In this document: piece by piece, positions 41,101-54,060 of the stretch
Layout: every line of letters starts with the position of its first letter
How positions within the stretch are numbered: position 1 is the first letter of the stretch
Position numbers and translations under genes: made by a program
DNA from: Eledone cirrhosa
Taxonomy: Eukaryota
Direction of reading: 5' to 3'
DNA length: 64,000 nucleotides
Assembly: GCA_964016885.1 (NCBI GenBank)
Contig: OZ024758.1
Location: forward strand, 34,100,001 to 34,164,000
The notes under the pieces: generated by a model
Told to the model about the DNA's origin: nothing
Database searches by the model: none
What the model saw: only the letters and a program-made list of their open reading frames with translations

Positions 41101-42913
41101 TGAGAATTCATTTAAGTCATGGTATTAGCTCTCAGAAGTAACTCCATTGTTGGTGAGAATTCATTTAAGTCATGGTACTAGCTGTCAGAAGTAACTCCAA
41201 TGTTGATGAGAATTCATTTAAGTTCATGGTATTAGCTGTCAGAAGTAACTCCACTGTTGGTGAGAATTCATTTAAGTTCATGGTATTAGCTGTCAGAAGT
41301 AACTCCACTGTTGGTGAGAATTCATTTAAGTTCATGGTACTAGCTGTCAGAAGTAACTCCACTGTTGGTGAGAATTCATTTAAGTTCATGGTATTAGTTT
41401 GTCAGAAGTAACTCCACTGTTGGTGAGAATTCATTTAAGTCATGGTATTAGTTGTCAGAAGTAACTCCAATGTTGCTGAGAATTCATTTAAGTTCATGGT
41501 ACTAGCTGTCAGAAGTAACTCCACTGTTGGTGAGAATTCATTTAAGTTCATGGTACTAGCTGTCAGAAGTAACTCCACTGTTGGTGAGAATTCATTTAAG
41601 TTCATGGTATTAGTTTGTCAGAAGTAACTCCACTGTTGGTGAGAATTCATTTAAGTCATGGTATTAGTTGTCACAAGTAACTCCAATGTTGGTGAGAATT
41701 CATTTAAGTCATGGTACTAGCTGTCAGAAGTAACTCCAATGTTGGTGAGAATTCATTTACGTTCATGGTATTAGCTCTCAGAAGTAACTCCACTGTTGGT
41801 GAGAATGCATTTAAGTTCATGGTATTAGCTGTCAGAAGTAACTCCACTGTTGGTGAGAATTCATTTAAGTTCATGGTACTAGCTGTCAGAAGTAACTCCA
41901 CTGTTGGTGAGAATTCATTTAAGTTCATGGTATTAGTTTGTCAGAAGTAACTCCACTGTTGGTGAGAATTCATTTAAGTCATGGTATTAGTTGTCAGAAG
42001 TAACTCCAATGTTGCTGAGAATTCATTTAAGTTCATGGTATTAGCTGTCAGAAGTAACTCCACTGTTGGTGAGAATTCATTTAAGTTCATGGTATTAGCT
42101 GTCAGAAGTAACTCCACTGTTGGTGAGAATTCATTTAAGTCATGGTATTAGCTGTCAGAAGTAACTCCATTGTTGGTGAGAATTCATTTAAGTCATGGTA
42201 TTAGTTGTCAGAAGTAACTCCAATGTTGGTGAGAATTCATTTAAGTCATGGTACTAGCTGTCAGAAGTAACTCCAATGTTGGTGAGAATTCATTTAAGTT
42301 CATGGTATTAGCTGTCAGAAGTAACTCCACTGTTGGTGAGAATTCATTTATGTTCATGGTATTAGCTGTCAGAAGTAACTCCACTGTTGGTGAGAATTCA
42401 TTTAAGTTCATGGTACTAGCTGTCAGAAGTAATTCCACTGTTGGTGAGAATTCATTTAAGTTCATGGTATTAGCTGTCAGAAGTAACTCCAATGTTGGTG
42501 AGAATTCATTTAAGTTCATGGTATTAGCTGTCAGAAGTAACTCCACTGTTGGTGAGAATTCATTTAAGTTCATGGTATTAGCTGTCAGAAGTAACTCCAC
42601 TGTTGGTGAGAATTCATTTAAGTTCATGGTACTAGCTGTCAGAAGTAACTCCACTGTTGGTGAGAATTCATTTAAGTTCATGGTATTAGTTTGTCAGAAG
42701 TAACTCCACTGTTGGTGAGAATTCATTTAAGTCATGGTATTAGTTGTCAGAAGTAACTCCAATGTTGGTGAGAATTCATTTAAGTCATGGTACTAGCTGT
42801 CAGAAGTAACTCCAATGTTGGTGAGAATTCATTTACGTTCATGGTATTAGCTCTCAGAAATAACTCCACTGTTGGTGAGAATTCATTTAAGTTCATGGTA
42901 TTAGCTGTCAGAA

Positions 42914-42927
42914 GTAACTCGTAACTC
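42914..42927. other. Second copy of the 7-bp GTAACTC duplication
   Basis: Same flanks as 28064 (upstream CTCTCAGAAATAACTCC, downstream GTTGCTGAGAATTAATT); offset 14,850. Confidence 0.95.
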
Positions 42928-45900
42928 CAATGTTGCTGAGAATTAATTTAAGTTCATGGTACTAGCTGTCAGAAGTAACTCCACTGTTGGTGAGAATTCA
43001 TTTAAGTTCATGGTACTAGCTGTCAAAAGTAACTCCACTGTTGGTGAGAATTCATTTAAGTTCATGGTATTAGTTTGTCAGAAGTAACTCCACTGTTGGT
43101 GAGAATTCATTTAAGTCATGGTATTAGTTGTCACAAGTAACTCCAATGTTGGTGAGAATTCATTTAAGTCATGGTACTAGCTGTCAGAAGTAACTCCAAT
43201 GTTGGTGAGAATTCATTTACGTTCATGGTATTAGCTCTCAGAAGTAACTCCACTGTTGGTGAGAATGCATTTAAGTTCATGGTATTAGCTGTCAGAAGTA
43301 ACTCCACTGTTGGTGAGAATTCATTTAAGTTCATGGTATTAGCTGTCAGAAGTAACTCCACTGTTGGTGAGAATTCATTTAAGTTCATGGTATTAGCTGT
43401 CAGAAGGAACTCCAATGTTGGTGAGAATTCATTTAAGTCATGGTACTAGCTGTCAGAAGTAACTCCACTGTTGGTGAGAATTCATTTAAGTTCATGGTAT
43501 TAGCTGTCAGAAGTAACTCCACTGTTGGTGAGAATTCATTTAAGTTCATGGTACTAGCTGTCAGAAGTAACTCCACTGTTGGTGAGAATTCATTTAAGTT
43601 CATGGTACTAGCTGTCAGAAGTAACTCCACTGTTGGTGAGAATTCATTTAAGTTCATGGTACTAGCTGTCAGAAGTAACTCCAATGTTGGTGAGAATTCA
43701 TTTAAGTTCATGGTATTAGCTGTCAGAAGTAACTCCACTGTTGGTGAGAATTCATTTAAGTTCATGGTACTAGCTGTCAGAAGTAACTCCACTGTTGGTG
43801 AGAATTCATTTAAGTTCATGGTATTAGCTGTCAGAAGTAACTCCACTGTTGGTGAGAATTCATTTAAGTTCATGGTATTAGCTGTCAGAAGTAACTCCAC
43901 TGTTGGTGAGAATTCATTTAAGTTCATGGTATTAGCTGTCAGAAGGAACTCCAATGTTGGTGAGAATTCATTTAAGTCATGGTACTAGCTGTCAGAAGTA
44001 ACTCCACTGTTGGTGAGAATTCATTTAAGTTCATGGTACTAGCTGTCAGAAGTAACTCCAATGTTGGTGAGAATTCATTTAAGTTCATGGTATTAGCTGT
44101 CAGAAGGAACTCCACTGTTGGTGAGAATTCATTTAAGTTCGTGGTATTAGCTGTCAGAAGTAAGTCCACTGTTGGTGAGAATTCATTTAAGTTCATGGTA
44201 CTAGTTGTCAGAAGTAACTCCACTGTTGGTAAGAATTCATTTTAGTTCATGGCATTAGTTGTCAGAAGTAACTCCACTGTTGGTGAGAATTCATTTAAGT
44301 CTTGGTATTAGTTGTCAGAAGTAACTCCAATGCTGGTGAGAATTCATTTAAGTTCATGGTACTAGCTGTCAGAAGTAACTCCACTGTTGGTGAGAATTCA
44401 TTTAAGTTCATGGTATTAGCTGTCAGAAGTAACTCCACTGTTGGTGAGAATTCATTTAAGTCATGGTATTAGCTGTCAGAAGTAACTCCATTGTTGGTGA
44501 GAATTCATTTAAGTCATGGTACTAGCTGTCAGAAGTAACTCCAATGTTGATGAGAATTCATTTAAGTTCATGGTATTAGCTGTCAGAAGTAACTCCACTG
44601 TTGGTGAGAATTCATTTAAGTTCATGGTATTAGCTGTCAGAAGTAACTCCATTGTTGGTGAGAATTCATTTAAGTCATGGTACTAGCTGTCAGAAGTAAC
44701 TCCACTGTTGGTGAGAATTCATTTAAGTTCATGGTACTAGCTGTCAGAAGTAACTCCACTGTTGGTGAGAATTCATTTAAGTTCATGGTACTAGCTGTCA
44801 GAAGTAACTCCACTGTTGGTGAGAATTCATTTAAGTTCATGGTACTAGCTGTCAGAAGTAACTCCACTGTTGGTGAGAATTCATTTAAGTTCATGGTATT
44901 AGTTTGTCAGAAGTAACTCCACTGTTGGTGAGAATTCATTTAAGTCATGGTATTAGTTGTCACAAGTAACTCCAATGTTGGTGAGAATTCATTTACGTTC
45001 ATGGTATTAGCTCTCAGAAGTAACTCCACTGTTGGTGAGAATGCATTTAGGTTCATGGTATTAGCTGTCAGAAGTAACTCCACTGTTGGTGAGAATTCAT
45101 TTAAGTTCATGGTATTAGCTGTCAGAAGTAACTCCACTGTTGGTGAGAATTCATTTAAGTTCATGGTATTAGCTGTCAGAAGGAACTCCAATGTTGGTGA
45201 GAATTCATTTAAGTTCATGGTACTAGCTGTCAGAAGTAACTCCACTGTTGGTGAGAATTCATTTAAGTTCATGGTATTAGCTGTCAGAAGTAACTCCACT
45301 GTTGGTGAGAATTCATTTAAGTTCATGGTACTAGCTGTCAGAAGTAACTCCACTGTTGGTGAGAATTCATTTAAGTTCATGGTACTAGCTGTCAGAAGTA
45401 ACTCCAATGTTGGTGAGAATTCATTTAAGTTCATGGTATTAGCTGTCAGAAGTAACTCCACTGTTGGTGAGAATTCATTTAAGTTCATGTTATTAGCTGT
45501 CAGAAGGAACGCCACTGTTGGTGAGAATTCATTTAAGTTCATGGTATTAGCTGTCAGAAGTAACTCCACTGTTGGTGAGAATTCATTTAAGTCTTTGTAT
45601 TAGTTGTCAGAAGTAACTCCAATGTTGGTGAGAATTCATTTAAGTTCATGGTACTAGCTGTCAGAAGTAACTCCACTGTTGGTGAGAATTCATTTAAGTT
45701 CATGGTATTAGCTGTCAGAAGTAACTCCACTGTTGGTGAGAATTCATTTAAGTCATGGTATTAGCTCTCAGAAGTAACTCCATTGTTGGTGAGAATTCAT
45801 TTAAGTCATGGTACTAGCTGTCAGAAGTAACTCCAATGTTGATGAGAATTCATTTAAGTTCATGGTATTAGCTGTCAGAAGTAACTCCACTGTTGGTGAG

Positions 45901-47384
45901 AATTCATTTAAGTTCATGGTATTAGCTGTCAGAAGTAACTCCACTGTTGGTGAGAATTCATTTAAGTTCATGGTACTAGCTGTCAGAAGTAACTCCACTG
46001 TTGGTGAGAATTCATTTAAGTTCATGGTATTAGTTTGTCAGAAGTAACTCCACTGTTGGTGAGAATTCATTTAAGTCATGGTATTAGTTGTCAGAAGTAA
46101 CTCCAATGTTGCTGAGAATTAATTTAAGTTCATGGTACTAGCTGTCAGAAGTAACTCCACTGTTGGTGAGAATTCATTTAAGTTCATGGTACTAGCTGTC
46201 AAAAGTAACTCCACTGTTGGTGAGAATTCATTTAAGTTCTTGGTATTAGTTTGTCAGAAGTAACTCCACTGTTGGTGAGAATTCATTTAAGTCATGGTAT
46301 TAGTTGTCACAAGTAACTCCAATGTTGGTGAGAATTCATTTAAGTCATGGTACTAGCTGTCAGAAGTAACTCCAATGTTGGTGAGAATTCATTTACGTTC
46401 ATGGTATTAGCTCTCAGAAGTAACTCCACTGTTGGTGAGAATGCATTTAAGTTCATGGTATTAGCTGTCAGAAGTAACTCCACTGTTGGTGAGAATTCAT
46501 TTAAGTTCATGGTATTAGCTGTCAGAAGTAACTCCACTGTTGGTGAGAATTCATTTAAGTTCATGGTATTAGCTGTCAGAAGGAACTCCAATGTTGGTGA
46601 GAATTCATTTAAGTCATGGTACTAGCTGTCAGAAGTAACTCCACTGTTGGTGAGAATTCATTTAAGTTCATGGTATTAGCTGTCAGAAGTAACTCCACTG
46701 TTGGTGAGAATTCATTTAAGTTCATGGTACTAGCTGTCAGAAGTAACTCCACTGTTGGTGAGAATTCATTTAAGTTCATGGTACTAGCTGTCAGAAGTAA
46801 CTCCACTGTTGGTGAGAATTCATTTAAGTTCATGGTACTAGCTGTCAGAAGTAACTCCAATGTTGGTGAGAATTCATTTAAGTTCATGGTATTAGCTGTC
46901 AGAAGTAACTCCACTGTTGGTGAGAATTCATTTAAGTTCATGGTACTAGCTGTCAGAAGTAACTCCACTGTTGGTGAGAATTCATTTAAGTTCATGGTAT
47001 TAGCTGTCAGAAGTCACTCCAATGTTGGTGAGAATTCATTTAAGTTCGTGGTATTAGCTGTCAGAAGTAACTCCACTGTTGGTGAGAATTCATTTAAGTT
47101 CATGGTATTAGCTGTCAGAAGTAACTCCACTGTTGGTGAGAATTCATTTAAGTTCATGGTATTAGCTGTCAGAAGTAACTCCACTGTTGGTGAGAATTCA
47201 TTTAAGTTCATGGTATTAGCTGTCAGAAGGAACTCCAATGTTGGTGAGAATTCATTTAAGTCATGGTACAAGCTGTCAGAAGTAACTCCACTGTTGGTGA
47301 GAATTCATTTAAGTTCATGGTACTAGCTGTCAGAAGTAACTCCAATGTTGGTGAGAATTCATTTAAGTTCATGGTATTAGCTGT

Positions 47385-50300
47385 CAGAAGGAACTCCACT
47401 GTTGGTGAGAATTCATTTAAGTTCGTGGTATTAGCTGTCAGAAGTAAGTCCACTGTTGGTGAGAATTCATTTAAGTTCATGGTACTAGTTGTCAGAAGTA
47501 ACTCCACTGTTGGTAAGAATTCATTTTAGTTCATGGTATTAGTTGTCAGAAGTAACTCCACTGTTGGTGAGAATTCATTTAAGTCTTGGTATTAGTTGTC
47601 AGAAGTAACTCCAATGCTGGTGAGAATTCATTTAAGTTCATGGTACTAGCTGTCAGAAGTAACTCCACTGTTGGTGAGAATTCATTTAAGTTCATGGTAT
47701 TAGCTGTCAGAAGTAACTCCACTGTTGGTGAGAATTCATTTAAGTCATGGTATTAGCTGTCAGAAGTAACTCCATTGTTGGTGAGAATTCATTTAAGTCA
47801 TGGTACTAGCTGTCAGAAGTAACTCCAATGTTGATGAGAATTCATTTAAGTTCATGGTATTAGCTGTCAGAAGTAACTCCACTGTTGGTGAGAATTCATT
47901 TAAGTTCATGGTATTAGCTGTCAGAAGTAACTCCATTGTTGGTGAGAATTCATTTAAGTCATGGTACTAGCTGTCAGAAGTAACTCCACTGTTGGTGAGA
48001 ATTCATTTAAGTTCATGGTACTAGCTGTCAGAAGTAACTCCACTGTTGGTGAGAATTCATTTAAGTTCATGGTACTAGCTGTCAGAAGTAACTCCACTGT
48101 TGGTGAGAATTCATTTAAGTTCATGGTACTAGCTGTCAGAAGTAACTCCACTGTTGGTGAGAATTCATTTAAGTTCATGGTATTAGTTTGTCAGAAGTAA
48201 CTCCACTGTTGGTGAGAATTCATTTAAGTCATGGTATTAGTTGTCACAAGTAACTCCAATGTTGGTGAGAATTCATTTACGTTCATGGTATTAGCTCTCA
48301 GAAGTAACTCCACTGTTGGTGAGAATGCATTTAGGTTCATGGTATTAGCTGTCAGAAGTAACTCCACTGTTGGTGAGAATTCATTTAAGTTCATGGTATT
48401 AGCTGTCAGAAGTAACTCCACTGTTGGTGAGAATTCATTTAAGTTCATGGTATTAGCTGTCAGAAGGAACTCCAATGTTGGTGAGAATTCATTTAAGTTC
48501 ATGGTACTAGCTGTCAGAAGTAACTCCACTGTTGGTGAGAATTCATTTAAGTTCATGGTATTAGCTGTCAGAAGTAACTCCACTGTTGGTGAGAATTCAT
48601 TTAAGTTCATGGTACTAGCTGTCAGAAGTAACTCCACTGTTGGTGAGAATTCATTTAAGTTCATGGTACTAGCTGTCAGAAGTAACTCCAATGTTGGTGA
48701 GAATTCATTTAAGTTCATGGTATTAGCTGTCAGAAGTAACTCCACTGTTGGTGAGAATTCATTTAAGTTCATGGTACTAGCTGTCAGAAGTAACTCCACT
48801 GTTGGTGAGAATTCATTTAAGTTCATGGTATTAGCTGTCAGAAGTCACTCCAATTTTGGTGAGAATTCATTTAAGTTCGTGGTATTAGCTGTCAGAAGTA
48901 ACTCCACTGTTGGTGAGAATTCATTTAAGTTCATCGTATTAGCTGTCAGAAGTAACTCCACTGTTGGTGAGAATTCATTTAAGTTCATGGTATTAGCTGT
49001 CAGAAGTAACTCCACTGTTGGTGAGTATACATTTAAGTTCATGGTATTAGCTGTCAGAAGGAACTCCAATGTTGGTGAGAATTCATTTAAGTCATGGTAC
49101 TAGCTGTCAGAAGTAACTCCACTGTTGGTGAGAATTCATTTAAGTTCATGGTACTAGCTGTCAGAAGTAACTCCAATGTTGGTGAGAATTCATTTAAGTT
49201 CATGGTATTAGCTGTCAGAAGGAACTCCACTGTTGGTGAGAATTCATTTAAGTTCATGGTATTAGCTGTCAGAAGTAAGTCCACTGTTGGTGAGAATTCA
49301 TTTAAGTTCATGGTACTAGTTGTCAGAAGTAACTCCACTGTTGGTAAGAATTCATTTTAGTTCATGGTATTAGTTGTCAGAAGTAACTCCACTGTTGGTG
49401 AGAATTCATTTAAGTCTTGGTATTAGTTGTCAGAAGTAACTCCAATGCTGGTGAGAATTCATTTAAGTTCATGGTACTAGCTGTCAGAAGTAACTCCACT
49501 GTTGGTGAGAATTCATTTAAGTTCATGGTATTAGCTGTCAGAAGTAACTCCACTGTTGGTGAGAATTCATTTAAGTCATGGTATTAGCTGTCAGAAGTAA
49601 CTCCATTGTTGGTGAGAATTCATTTAAGTCATGGTACTAGCTGTCAGAAGTAACTCCAATGTTGATGAGAATTCATTTAAGTTCATGGTATTAGCTGTCA
49701 GAAGTAACTCCACTGTTGGTGAGAATTCATTTAAGTTCATGGTATTAGCTGTCAGAAGTAACTCCACTGTTGGTGAGAATTCATTTAAGTTCATGGTACT
49801 AGCTGTCAGAAGTAACTCCACTGTTGGTGAGAATTCAATTAAGTTCATGGTATTAGTTTGTCAGAAGTAACTCCACTGTTGGTGAGAATTCATTTAAGTC
49901 ATGGTATTAGTTGTCAGAAGTAACTCCAATGTTGCTGAGAATTCATTTAAGTTCATGGTATTAGCTGTCAGAAGTAACTCCACTGTTGGTGAGAATTCAT
50001 TTAAGTTCATGGTATTAGCTGTCAGAAGTAACTCCACTGTTGGTGAGAATTCATTTAAGTCATGGTATTAGCTGTCAGAAGTAACTCCATTGTTGGTGAG
50101 AATTCATTTAAGTCATGGTACTAGCTGTCAGAAGTAACTCCACTGTTGGTGAGAATTCATTTAAGTTCATGGTACTAGCTGTCAGAAGTAACTCCACTGT
50201 TGGTGAGAATTCATTTAAGTTCATGGTACTAGCTGTCAGAAGTAACTCCACTGTTGGTGAGAATTCATTTAAGTTCATGGTACTAGCTGTCAGAAGTAAC

Positions 50301-53300
50301 TCCACTGTTGGTGAGAATTCATTTAAGTTCAAGGTATTAGTTTGTCAGAAGTAACTCCACTGTTGGTGAGAATTCATTTAAGTCATGGTATTAGTTGTCA
50401 GAAGTAACTCCAATGTTGGTGAGAATTCATTTAAGTCATGGTACTAGCTGTCAGAAGTAACTCCAATGTTGGTGAGAATTCATTTACGTTCATGGTATTA
50501 GCTCTCAGAAGTAACTCCACTGTTGGTGAGAATTCATTTAAGTTCATGGTATTAGCTGTCAGAAGTAACTCCACTGTTGGTGAGAATTCATTTAAGTTCA
50601 TGGTATTAGCTGTCAGAAGTAACTCCACTGTTGGTGAGAATTCATTTAAGTTCATGGTATTAGCTGTCAGAAGGAACTCCAATGTTGGTGAGAATTCATT
50701 TAAGTCATGGTACTAGCTGTCAGAAGGAACTCCACTGTTGGTGAGAATTCATTTAAGTTCGTGGTATTAGCTGTCAGAAGTAAGTCCACTGTTGGTGAGA
50801 ATTCATTTAAGTTCATGGTACTAGTTGTCAGAAGTAACTCCACTGTTGGTAAGAATTCATTTTAGTTCATGGTATTAGTTGTCAGAAGTAACTCCACTGT
50901 TGGTGAGAATTCATTTAAGTCTTGGTATTAGTTGTCAGAAGTAACTCCAATGCTGGTGAGAATTCATTTAAGTTCATGGTACTAGCTGTCAGAAGTAACT
51001 CCACTGTTGGTGAGAATTCATTTAAGTTCATGGTATTAGCTGTCAGAAGTAACTCCACTGTTGGTGAGAATTCATTTAAGTCATGGTATTAGCTGTCAGA
51101 AGTAACTCCATTGTTGGTGAGAATTCATTTAAGTCATGGTACTAGCTGTCAGAAGTAACTCCAATGTTGATGAGAATTCATTTAAGTTCATGGTATTAGC
51201 TGTCAGAAGTAACTCCACTGTTGGTGAGAATTCATTTAAGTTCATGGTATTAGCTGTCAGAAGTAACTCCATTGTTGGTGAGAATTCATTTAAGTCATGG
51301 TACTAGCTGTCAGAAGTAACTCCACTGTTGGTGAGAATTCATTTAAGTTCATGGTACTAGCTGTCAGAAGTAACTCCACTGTTGGTGAGAATTCATTTAA
51401 GTTCATGGTACTAGCTGTCAGAAGTAACTCCACTGTTGGTGAGAATTCATTTAAGTTCATGGTACTAGCTGTCAGAAGTAACTCCACTGTTGGTGAGAAT
51501 TCATTTAAGTTCATGGTATTAGTTTGTCAGAAGTAACTCCACTGTTGGTGAGAATTCATTTAAGTCATGGTATTAGTTGTCACAAGTAACTCCAATGTTG
51601 GTGAGAATTCATTTACGTTCATGGTATTAGCTCTCAGAAGTAACTCCACTGTTGGTGAGAATGCATTTAGGTTCATGGTATTAGCTGTCAGAAGTAACTC
51701 CACTGTTGGTGAGAATTCATTTAAGTTCATGGTATTAGCTGTCAGAAGTAACTCCACTGTTGGTGAGAATTCATTTAAGTTCATGGTATTAGCTGTCAGA
51801 AGGAACTCCAATGTTGGTGAGAATTCATTTAAGTTCATGGTACTAGCTGTCAGAAGTAACTCCACTGTTGGTGAGAATTCATTTAAGTTCATGGTATTAG
51901 CTGTCAGAAGTAACTCCACTGTTGGTGAGAATTCATTTAAGTTCATGGTACTAGCTGTCAGAAGTAACTCCACTGTTGGTGAGAATTCATTTAAGTTCAT
52001 GGTACTAGCTGTCAGAAGTAACTCCAATGTTGGTGAGAATTCATTTAAGTTCATGGTATTAGCTGTCAGAAGTAACTCCACTGTTGGTGAGAATTCATTT
52101 AAGTTCATGGTACTAGCTGTCAGAAGTAACTCCACTGTTGGTGAGAATTCATTTAAGTTCATGGTATTAGCTGTCAGAAGTCACTCCAATTTTGGTGAGA
52201 ATTCATTTAAGTTCGTGGTATTAGCTGTCAGAAGTAACTCCACTGTTGGTGAGAATTCATTTAAGTTCATGGTATTAGCTGTCAGAAGTAACTCCACTGT
52301 TGGTGAGAATTCATTTAAGTTCATGGTATTAGCTGTCAGAAGTAACTCCACTGTTGGTGAGTATACATTTAAGTTCATGGTATTAGCTGTCAGAAGGAAC
52401 TCCAATGTTGGTGAGAATTCATTTAAGTCATGGTACTAGCTGTCAGAAGTAACTCCACTGTTGGTGAGAATTCATTTAAGTTCATGGTACTAGCTGTCAG
52501 AAGTAACTCCAATGTTGGTGAGAATTCATTTAAGTTCATGGTATTAGCTGTCAGAAGGAACTCCACTGTTGGTGAGAATTCATTTAAGTTCATGGTATTA
52601 GCTGTCAGAAGTAAGTCCACTGTTGGTGAGAATTCATTTAAGTTCATGGTACTAGTTGTCAGAAGTAACTCCACTGTTGGTAAGAATTCATTTTAGTTCA
52701 TGGTATTAGTTGTCAGAAGTAACTCCACTGTTGGTGAGAATTCATTTAAGTCTTGGTATTAGTTGTCAGAAGTAACTCCAATGCTGGTGAGAATTCATTT
52801 AAGTTCATGGTACTAGCTGTCAGAAGTAACTCCACTGTTGGTGAGAATTCATTTAAGTTCATGGTATTAGCTGTCAGAAGTAACTCCACTGTTGGTGAGA
52901 ATTCATTTAAGTCATGGTATTAGCTGTCAGAAGTAACTCCATTGTTGGTGAGAATTCATTTAAGTCATGGTACTAGCTGTCAGAAGTAACTCCAATGTTG
53001 ATGAGAATTCATTTAAGTTCATGGTATTAGCTGTCAGAAGTAACTCCACTGTTGGTGAGAATTCATTTAAGTTCATGGTATTAGCTGTCAGAAGTAACTC
53101 CACTGTTGGTGAGAATTCATTTAAGTTCATGGTACTAGCTGTCAGAAGTAACTCCACTGTTGGTGAGAATTCAATTAAGTTCATGGTATTAGTTTGTCAG
53201 AAGTAACTCCACTGTTGGTGAGAATTCATTTAAGTCATGGTATTAGTTGTCAGAAGTAACTCCAATGTTGCTGAGAATTCATTTAAGTTCATGGTATTAG

Positions 53301-54060
53301 CTGTCAGAAGTAACTCCACTGTTGGTGAGAATTCATTTAAGTTCATGGTATTAGCTGTCAGAAGTAACTCCACTGTTGGTGAGAATTCATTTAAGTCATG
53401 GTATTAGCTGTCAGAAGTAACTCCATTGTTGGTGAGAATTCATTTAAGTCATGGTACTAGCTGTCAGAAGTAACTCCACTGTTGGTGAGAATTCATTTAA
53501 GTTCATGGTACTAGCTGTCAGAAGTAACTCCACTGTTGGTGAGAATTCATTTAAGTTCATGGTACTAGCTGTCAGAAGTAACTCCACTGTTGGTGAGAAT
53601 TCATTTAAGTTCATGGTACTAGCTGTCAGAAGTAACTCCACTGTTGGTGAGAATTCATTTAAGTTCAAGGTATTAGTTTGTCAGAAGTAACTCCACTGTT
53701 GGTGAGAATTCATTTAAGTCATGGTATTAGTTGTCAGAAGTAACTCCAATGTTGGTGAGAATTCATTTAAGTCATGGTACTAGCTGTCAGAAGTAACTCC
53801 AATGTTGGTGAGAATTCATTTACGTTCATGGTATTAGCTCTCAGAAGTAACTCCACTGTTGGTGAGAATTCATTTAAGTTCATGGTATTAGCTGTCAGAA
53901 GTAACTCCACTGTTGGTGAGAATTCATTTAAGTTCATGGTATTAGCTGTCAGAAGTAACTCCACTGTTGGTGAGAATTCATTTAAGTTCATGGTATTAGC
54001 TGTCAGAAGGAACTCCAATGTTGGTGAGAATTCATTTAAGTCATGGTACTAGCTGTCAGA
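47385..54060. repeat. 3,336-bp (62-monomer) near-perfect tandem duplication
   Basis: Twins 47961/51297, 48231/51567, 49094/52430, 49631/52967, 50115/53451, 50438/53774; markers CCAATTTTGG, GAGTATAC, TTCAATTAAG in both copies. Confidence 0.93.

Larger units (their letters stand above)
17700..48450. repeat. Large tandem segmental duplication inside the array: ~17.7-35.6 kb versus ~35.6-48.4 kb
   Basis: Rare markers pair collinearly: TTACCTGTC (~24178/38921), CACTGTGGTG deletion (~25381/40124), TTTATGTTC (~27550/42347), GTAACTC duplication (28064/42914), GGCATTAG (~29509/44251). Offsets 14,742-14,850 in the core, 17,915 at the left end, 12,913 at the right end. Confidence 0.9.
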
